The position numbers and the translations under genes are program-made. A model generated the notes under the pieces. It saw nothing but the letters and a program-made list of their open reading frames with translations, was not told the DNA's origin and ran no database searches. A stretch of 64,000 nt of DNA, taken from positions 1-64,000 of IMG/VR virus record IMGVR_UViG_3300035666_000005. One strand, written 5' to 3'. The stretch comes from a virus. Numbering within the stretch: the first letter of the stretch is position 1; every line of letters starts with the position of its first letter. Positions 58,303 through 64,000 of this stretch are shown one piece after another.

Positions 58303-61095
58303 TTAGACGTTTCTAACGGCTTTTTCATATTTTCTAAGATTAGTTTTATTAATAGGAGATATAGAGCCACTATTTTTTGCCTGTTTAATAGGAATAAAAT
58401 TTCTTAAATTTTGTTTTAATATATCAATACTTGGTGGAGAAATAATTTTATCTTCTAATACATAATCTGTAAAAACTCCATTATCTGTGACACTAATTGA
58501 CACAGTAGACAAACCATCTTCTAATCCATAAGATGAAGAAAAAACGCCTGCTGACCTAAAAGATGCTCTATTTTGCACTTCAGTCATACTATAGCGTGTA
58601 AATTCGTTAGCTTTGGACATGTATTGTTCGATAGATTTTTTATCTACTTGGCAATCTGCTCTTGAAGAATTTCTTGATCCTTTATTATTCCTAAATATAT
58701 TTAAATTATCTTCATCAATTTGTTCATAATGATAAATAACTTTAGATGCTTTTCGAATATTTTCTGCGTCGTACTGTTGAACATATTCAATTTTTGGAAA
58801 ATATATTTTAAAATTACTACTTGCTGTTGCAATTACATCATAACCTGTTGAGGACCCTTCTGGAGCCTCATCACCATAAAGAATTTCTGATGGTGCGCCA
58901 CTTGCAGTAGTTCTAGAAAATGATTCTACGGGAGTATGAATTATTATATCAGAATTTGCGCCAATTGTTAAAACAACATATTTAGCATCTTCTCCTAATC
59001 CATAGTTACATATTTCATTAATTTGAATTTCTCCAAAAATATCATGCTCTATTTCATTTTTTACTGGTTTTCGTTTAGATTCTTTTGGATGTTCTGTAGA
59101 ATTTTTAATATCAAATTGTACTTTATAAGCGTCTAAATTTCCTTTTCTCACTATATATAAACGAATTTGTGGATCATCTACTGCTTCTCTATATATATCA
59201 AAAAGAAGATCAGGCCGACCATCTCCTTGGGTAAATTTTGATGGTATTTGTCCTGCATACCAATCGAATAAGTCTTTATACCATTTTGCAAAGTCTTGTT
59301 CTGGTTCCCATTTTGGTTCCCGTTCGTGTAGTATAAAACCTTTTACTGTGAATTCTTTCTCCTCTGGATCATTAGAATATGTATCTAATTGGGTATCATA
59401 TTCGTCTTCCGCACTACTGATTTCATTATCTAAATTTGAAATAAAAGAACCTTCTTCATGACCAAAATCAAAAATACTTAAATTCTTTAATTGGGAATTT
59501 TTATAGTACCAACTACCATTTCCGTCAGGACCTTCTATTGTAACTTCTGTTCTTGAGTTAGATGCGTTAGGTATCGTCGTTTCATAGTCTTTTATCCAAT
59601 ACTTGCCCAAAAAATTTCGAGCCAATTCTGTTTCTCTATCTCGTTCTTTATTATATAAATCTTCATTAGATTTAGCAATGAAAAAGTAATAATTAGGATT
59701 ATCATCGGAACCTCTTGTTGTAGATCCGTTTAGACCTAAATTTAAAACATCTCTTTGTTCTTTAGATAACAAATCGCTTAGCCTTGCAAAATCAGCTCTA
59801 TCATCACTATTTTCGCTATCAGGACTTAAGACCTTTAGCACTTCCATATTTCCAAAAAAAGATAATGTTTTTGCTGGTAATTTTCCGGAAGAAGCTCCTT
59901 GCCCACTAGAAGCTTTTTGTTGTACAAATTCATCTAATTTAGAAGAGTCGAGAATACCATAATGATAAAACCAAAGTATTGCATCCCTCATTTCTAAAGA
60001 ATAATAACTTAAAGCAACAGCCAATTCTTTAGCTTCGAAATCTTTTAAATTGGAACCCTCTCCGCCAGACTCTCCGCCAGACTCTCCGCCAGACTCTCCG
60101 CCAGACTCTCCGCCAGACTCTCCGCCAGACTCTTCGTCAGACACTTGGCCGTCACCACTATCAAAAGACCCGTCTTCTGCAAGAGCACCAAGGGTCAAAC
60201 AATTTAAATTTTCTAAAGTTGATTGTTGACAAGTATAAGGCTCTACGTTTCCTTGTCTACTAAAATAACCAATAGATCCTTGTGTATAAGTATTCTCTAC
60301 CGTTCCTCCGTACTCTAAATCTATTAAATCATTATCACTTTTTAAAGTACTTTCAGGTGGAATATTTATTCTATTTTTTCTACTAATAAATTTTAGTTCG
60401 TTTTTAAATGGGTCCCAGAAAAACGCCAATCCTAAATCAGAACACCAGCTACTTAATACTTGCCTTAAAGGTCCGATATGATTAGATTTATATGAAGAAT
60501 AATTACTTGCATTAAAAGAACAATTAAAATTATTTGATATCGCTGAAATTAATTCATTAAAAGTATAATAGACTTCAAAAATACTAAATTCTGATAAAAC
60601 AGGGTCACAAGCATTCTCATATTTATTTGGAGGCATTTCGGGGCAAGGGTCGCATGGATCAACTTGACCATCAACTTCTTCATATTCAACCGTTGAGTCC
60701 AAATCTTGATCGCATGGATGATAAGCTTTTCCAAGAATTATTAAACGAGGAGCATTACGATTATTTTTATAACCCCATTTATTCTGTAAACCGACGTAAT
60801 AACGATCTAAATCAACACTTTGATCTGAGTAACTTAATTCTAATATTTTTCTATCAGGACTATTTTTGAGTTGATAAGAAGTTAAATAACCTTGAAATTT
60901 AAATTGTCCAATATCAATAGACTGTGGACGATCATATCCCAAACTAGATTGTGGATTTGCATAAACTCCCCGTTCATTAACAACGCTAATAGTTAATTTT
61001 GAAGGGCTATCGCCACCATTAAAAGACCAATTTACATCAAAAGGCATTCCACCAAAAAAATTTCCACGGATATTATTAACATTAATTACCTTCAT
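58303..61095 (-). CDS. Putative baseplate/hub-like structural protein
   Basis: 930 aa; LSSWCSDLGLAFFWDP..LKFI hub-like segment; ATGTAA at 61101-61106. Confidence 0.5.
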   Translation of the reverse strand: MKVINVNNIRGNFFGGMPFDVNWSFNGGDSPSKLTISVVNERGVYANPQSSLGYDRPQSIDIGQFKFQGYLTSYQLKNSPDRKILELSYSDQSVDLDRYYVGLQNKWGYKNNRNAPRLIILGKAYHPCDQDLDSTVEYEEVDGQVDPCDPCPEMPPNKYENACDPVLSEFSIFEVYYTFNELISAISNNFNCSFNASNYSSYKSNHIGPLRQVLSSWCSDLGLAFFWDPFKNELKFISRKNRINIPPESTLKSDNDLIDLEYGGTVENTYTQGSIGYFSRQGNVEPYTCQQSTLENLNCLTLGALAEDGSFDSGDGQVSDEESGGESGGESGGESGGESGGESGGEGSNLKDFEAKELAVALSYYSLEMRDAILWFYHYGILDSSKLDEFVQQKASSGQGASSGKLPAKTLSFFGNMEVLKVLSPDSENSDDRADFARLSDLLSKEQRDVLNLGLNGSTTRGSDDNPNYYFFIAKSNEDLYNKERDRETELARNFLGKYWIKDYETTIPNASNSRTEVTIEGPDGNGSWYYKNSQLKNLSIFDFGHEEGSFISNLDNEISSAEDEYDTQLDTYSNDPEEKEFTVKGFILHEREPKWEPEQDFAKWYKDLFDWYAGQIPSKFTQGDGRPDLLFDIYREAVDDPQIRLYIVRKGNLDAYKVQFDIKNSTEHPKESKRKPVKNEIEHDIFGEIQINEICNYGLGEDAKYVVLTIGANSDIIIHTPVESFSRTTASGAPSEILYGDEAPEGSSTGYDVIATASSNFKIYFPKIEYVQQYDAENIRKASKVIYHYEQIDEDNLNIFRNNKGSRNSSRADCQVDKKSIEQYMSKANEFTRYSMTEVQNRASFRSAGVFSSSYGLEDGLSTVSISVTDNGVFTDYVLEDKIISPPSIDILKQNLRNFIPIKQAKNSGSISPINKTNLRKYEKAVRNV
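60058..60132 (-). repeat. 12-nt tandem repeat x6 encoding (ESGG)6
   Basis: Perfect CTCTCCGCCAGA units on the plus strand. Confidence 0.95.
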
Positions 61096-61100
61096 AATAT

Positions 61101-62963
61101 TTACATAAATAGAGTATTATTATTATATATTAAATTATTTTTTGTATCTAATATTGCAGCGCCATTATTTAAACTAAAATCACCATTTTCAATATAATCA
61201 AAATTTAATCTTTGCCTGATACCATTTTTATAAATTTTAGCAAAATTATTATAAAAAGTTCTATTAATAGAATATAAATGACCTGAACCGGTAATATTTA
61301 TATTAAAGTTTTTTGGAATTAAAGCTAATTTACCGGAAATATCATCTCCTAAAATTTGGAAAAAATTATTAAAATTATTATTAAAATAATGAATACCACT
61401 TGTAAGTTTTTGCCCATTAAAAAATACATCATATTCATTAAGATTATTAATATTTAATACTCCAGAATTGTTTTTTGTAAAACGGGTTTCTACGATAGAA
61501 TTTCCCGTAATAAAATCTGCAAAAACACTATGAGTACTATCATATTCAGATAATAAAAATTCTCCTTTTCTTTGTGTAATATAATCACCACTAGCAATAA
61601 AAATATTTGGAGAATATACTGTGCCAATTTGACGACCAGACCCGCTGGTTAATAATACTCCATTTGCGTATATTGTATGATTAAAATTATTAAAGTCAGA
61701 TTTAATTCTAGAAAAAACATAAGTCTTATTAACTTCATCATAAAATGATCCAAAATTTTTTGTATACCTTAAGTCATAATTGCCAGTAATAAACTGGGCT
61801 TCAATAATATCTTGAACATCTGTTTTAACTAATAAATTAATTTTATCTTTTCCGAACTCAACGACTTTTTTTTCATCAATTTTTATAAATTCTTCAATAG
61901 TTCCGCTTTCAAATAATCTTAAACGCCCACTTAATGGCAAAAATCCCGTAATGAACAAATCGCCTATTAATTCAACTTCTTGATAACCAGGCTCTTCATT
62001 ACCGAACGCATCAATATAAGTACCTGTTATAATATATTCTATACCGGTTACGACATTTGTTTGAATTTCAATTATTCCAGTTTCATATCCAGTTATTCCA
62101 AATAAGTAGCCAGTTAAAAGAATTTCTTCACCCAAAACGCCTGTTGTAACCCCAGTCACTCCGGTTAGATATTCGTCAATAAAAAAATCGGTAGCTGGAA
62201 AATAATTTGATATAAAACTTTTTGTAATATTTTCAATTTCATATTGATATATAGAAGGAGAACAAAAAATTATTTGTTCTAGATATCCTTGGAACTGTTT
62301 ATTATAATTATAAGAGTTTAATGATACTGGATTTTTACCTATAAAAATATTGTTAGGATTAAAAATAAATTGACTATTAATATTAAAATTGTTTGAAACA
62401 ATTCCAGACTCTATGAAATCATAATAACCGAAAGAAATATTACGATTCGCAATATTACAAAAAACAGCTGATTTATCTCCAACGAAAAAATCAGAAGTGA
62501 AAACTTTAGGCCCTTCAGAATCGTAAAACTCGAAATAAAGTTTATCATTTGCTGTGAAACCAAATTCAAATCCTTTATAAACAAGACTATTTAACGGAAC
62601 CCCAAATTCATTAAAATATTCTTCTTCTTCTGCAAAAACTGTGGATAATAAAGTAGAACCTGTTTTTGCTATATTTTCATAAACACATACAAAACTAAAA
62701 TCTTCAAAATCAATTATATTATCTGTATTATATATATTAATATAATTATTTTCAATGTACCCAGCGCCACTTTTAAACCAAAAATTATTAACACTAGGTA
62801 AAATTTGACCACTAAATAAAAAATTATCATTAAAATCAGCTTTTCCTGATATGGGCGTAATAATAGAACTACCAGAATCAAAAGAAAAATAAAATAAAAG
62901 ATTTTCGTCAAGTTTTCCTGGAAATCTTTCGTTATAAAATTGTATTTCTGTAAGTTTATTCAT
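61101..62963 (-). CDS. Virion protein with LamG/ConA-like N-terminal domain
   Basis: LLFYFSFD, NIFIGK...FQGYLEQI; VFFNGQKL / IYKNGIRQ repeats; many TG dipeptides. Confidence 0.6.
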   Translation of the reverse strand: MNKLTEIQFYNERFPGKLDENLLFYFSFDSGSSIITPISGKADFNDNFLFSGQILPSVNNFWFKSGAGYIENNYINIYNTDNIIDFEDFSFVCVYENIAKTGSTLLSTVFAEEEEYFNEFGVPLNSLVYKGFEFGFTANDKLYFEFYDSEGPKVFTSDFFVGDKSAVFCNIANRNISFGYYDFIESGIVSNNFNINSQFIFNPNNIFIGKNPVSLNSYNYNKQFQGYLEQIIFCSPSIYQYEIENITKSFISNYFPATDFFIDEYLTGVTGVTTGVLGEEILLTGYLFGITGYETGIIEIQTNVVTGIEYIITGTYIDAFGNEEPGYQEVELIGDLFITGFLPLSGRLRLFESGTIEEFIKIDEKKVVEFGKDKINLLVKTDVQDIIEAQFITGNYDLRYTKNFGSFYDEVNKTYVFSRIKSDFNNFNHTIYANGVLLTSGSGRQIGTVYSPNIFIASGDYITQRKGEFLLSEYDSTHSVFADFITGNSIVETRFTKNNSGVLNINNLNEYDVFFNGQKLTSGIHYFNNNFNNFFQILGDDISGKLALIPKNFNINITGSGHLYSINRTFYNNFAKIYKNGIRQRLNFDYIENGDFSLNNGAAILDTKNNLIYNNNTLFM

Positions 62964-64000
62964 TATTGATATTTGATTGTTTCACAATTTTCGGATATAT
63001 TAAAACTATAATTAAAACCATTATCAGAATTTATAGGTGTAGTAACATTATCTTCGGTAGTTACTGATCTAATTGAACCAACACTAGATTTTAAACTATT
63101 TAACTTATTAAAAGCTCGGCTCCTAATAGACCCCTTAAGAAGCGAAGAATCTCCCACGGCGGAACCATCAATACCAACCGTACCTCTTTTAAAGAAATTT
63201 AAATTAAAAACCCCATTATCGCCATTTAAAAATTGAATTGGATTGTAAACATCTATAGATGGTGTTGCAGACAATGTATATTCAAATCTTTTTAAACCAG
63301 GAACTTCTTCAAATTGATTACTATATTCAGTAGAAAAAGAAAGCGAAATAATAGTATCCTCATATTGATTATAGGTCACGGTTGAGTTTATTGGATTAGA
63401 ATTTAAATTTAAAGTTTTAGATTCCGCGTTTCTATTAAAAAAATTATTAGCTAAATTAAATAAATTTAAACTATTGTAGGCTGATTCTAATTTTATTTTT
63501 TTATCTTTTTGAGGTCCGCGCGCTGTTAAAGTTCCATTTATAGTAATAGTTGTAATATCTTTAATTCTATCATAATTCATTTGATAACTAATATCTGATT
63601 TAACATCGTAAGGATCATTGGTAAAAGTATAGTTAAAATTTAAAGAATTATTGATCCTATCCTCGGTAATAGAAAAATTTTCTGGATCTGGGTTTAAATA
63701 ATTTAAGCCCGTAAGCTCTTTAAATCTTGTGAGCGCAAGGTTAAATAAGTTAATATTTTGTAAACTAGATTTTAATTGAGTTTGTATCTGATCTGAATTG
63801 TCGTTTATATCAGATATATCAGAAGTAATTAAATTACCTTGTATATTTACTGTGTAAAGACCTGATTTTTCATCGTAATTAATATCAATAGAATTTGATA
63901 ATATAATATTATTATTAGGTGCATTGGAACGATATATAAACTCGACATCTAGAGAAACAGTTCCTTCCATACGGTTAACTGTTTCAATCATCCGTCTTGG
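62963..64000 (-). CDS. Putative structural protein, 5'-truncated at window edge
   Basis: Frame stays open upstream of 63991 (CCA AGA CGG ATG); internal repeat VNIQG/ITING..NLFNLA. Confidence 0.6.
   Translation of the reverse strand, partial: PRRMIETVNRMEGTVSLDVEFIYRSNAPNNNIILSNSIDINYDEKSGLYTVNIQGNLITSDISDINDNSDQIQTQLKSSLQNINLFNLALTRFKELTGLNYLNPDPENFSITEDRINNSLNFNYTFTNDPYDVKSDISYQMNYDRIKDITTITINGTLTARGPQKDKKIKLESAYNSLNLFNLANNFFNRNAESKTLNLNSNPINSTVTYNQYEDTIISLSFSTEYSNQFEEVPGLKRFEYTLSATPSIDVYNPIQFLNGDNGVFNLNFFKRGTVGIDGSAVGDSSLLKGSIRSRAFNKLNSLKSSVGSIRSVTTEDNVTTPINSDNGFNYSFNISENCETIKYQ

Noticed and set aside
49476-60132. CRISPR array
   Set aside because: The repeats are head-to-tail coding microsatellites without unique spacers; the Cas4-like gene has no cas neighbours
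1089-60869. Numerous short antisense or nested ORFs in the track (e.g. 1089, 10793, 22189, 35566, 53325, 60627)
   Set aside because: They lie within longer motif-bearing genes and show no recognisable motifs
1-64000. Stop-codon reassignment
   Set aside because: Standard-code ORFs tile the window densely with intact conserved proteins; no suppressor tRNA seen
1-64000. Bacterial chromosome with a capsule locus, or a eukaryotic giant virus
   Set aside because: No cellular housekeeping operons or glycan export genes; family C polymerase, DnaB, sigma factor and sigma70 promoters point to a bacteriophage, though capsid and terminase genes are not in this window

Overview
Gene-dense, strongly AT-rich, standard-code fragment of what is most likely a large tailed dsDNA bacteriophage (jumbo-type). 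No rRNA, ribosomal-protein or core cellular operons are present. From left to right: accessory genes (metallophosphoesterases, HExxH proteins, AAA ATPases, SemiSWEET, S8 protease, thyX) with three tRNAs; a bacterial-type replisome (Pol III alpha split into PHP, exonuclease and core genes, plus primase, DnaB, RecA, class II RNR and dNMP kinase); an unusually large glycan-biosynthesis complement (about 24-43.5 kb, including wecB, gmd, GT2/GT4/GT9/GT-D-like enzymes and methyltransferases); a phage sigma factor next to a candidate origin; and a block of large virion/tail-like proteins. Two promoter classes are visible: host sigma70-type promoters before replication genes and a RTGTAA motif before structural-type genes. 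The leading candidate for an undescribed system is a phage-encoded virion O-glycosylation machinery. It would comprise nucleotide-sugar enzymes, a GT9 split across two genes and a DUF4214-like module shared by a glycosyltransferase and two tail proteins, acting on virion proteins loaded with (S/T)G dipeptides and poly-Ser tracts. All family assignments come from motif recognition by eye; no searches were run.
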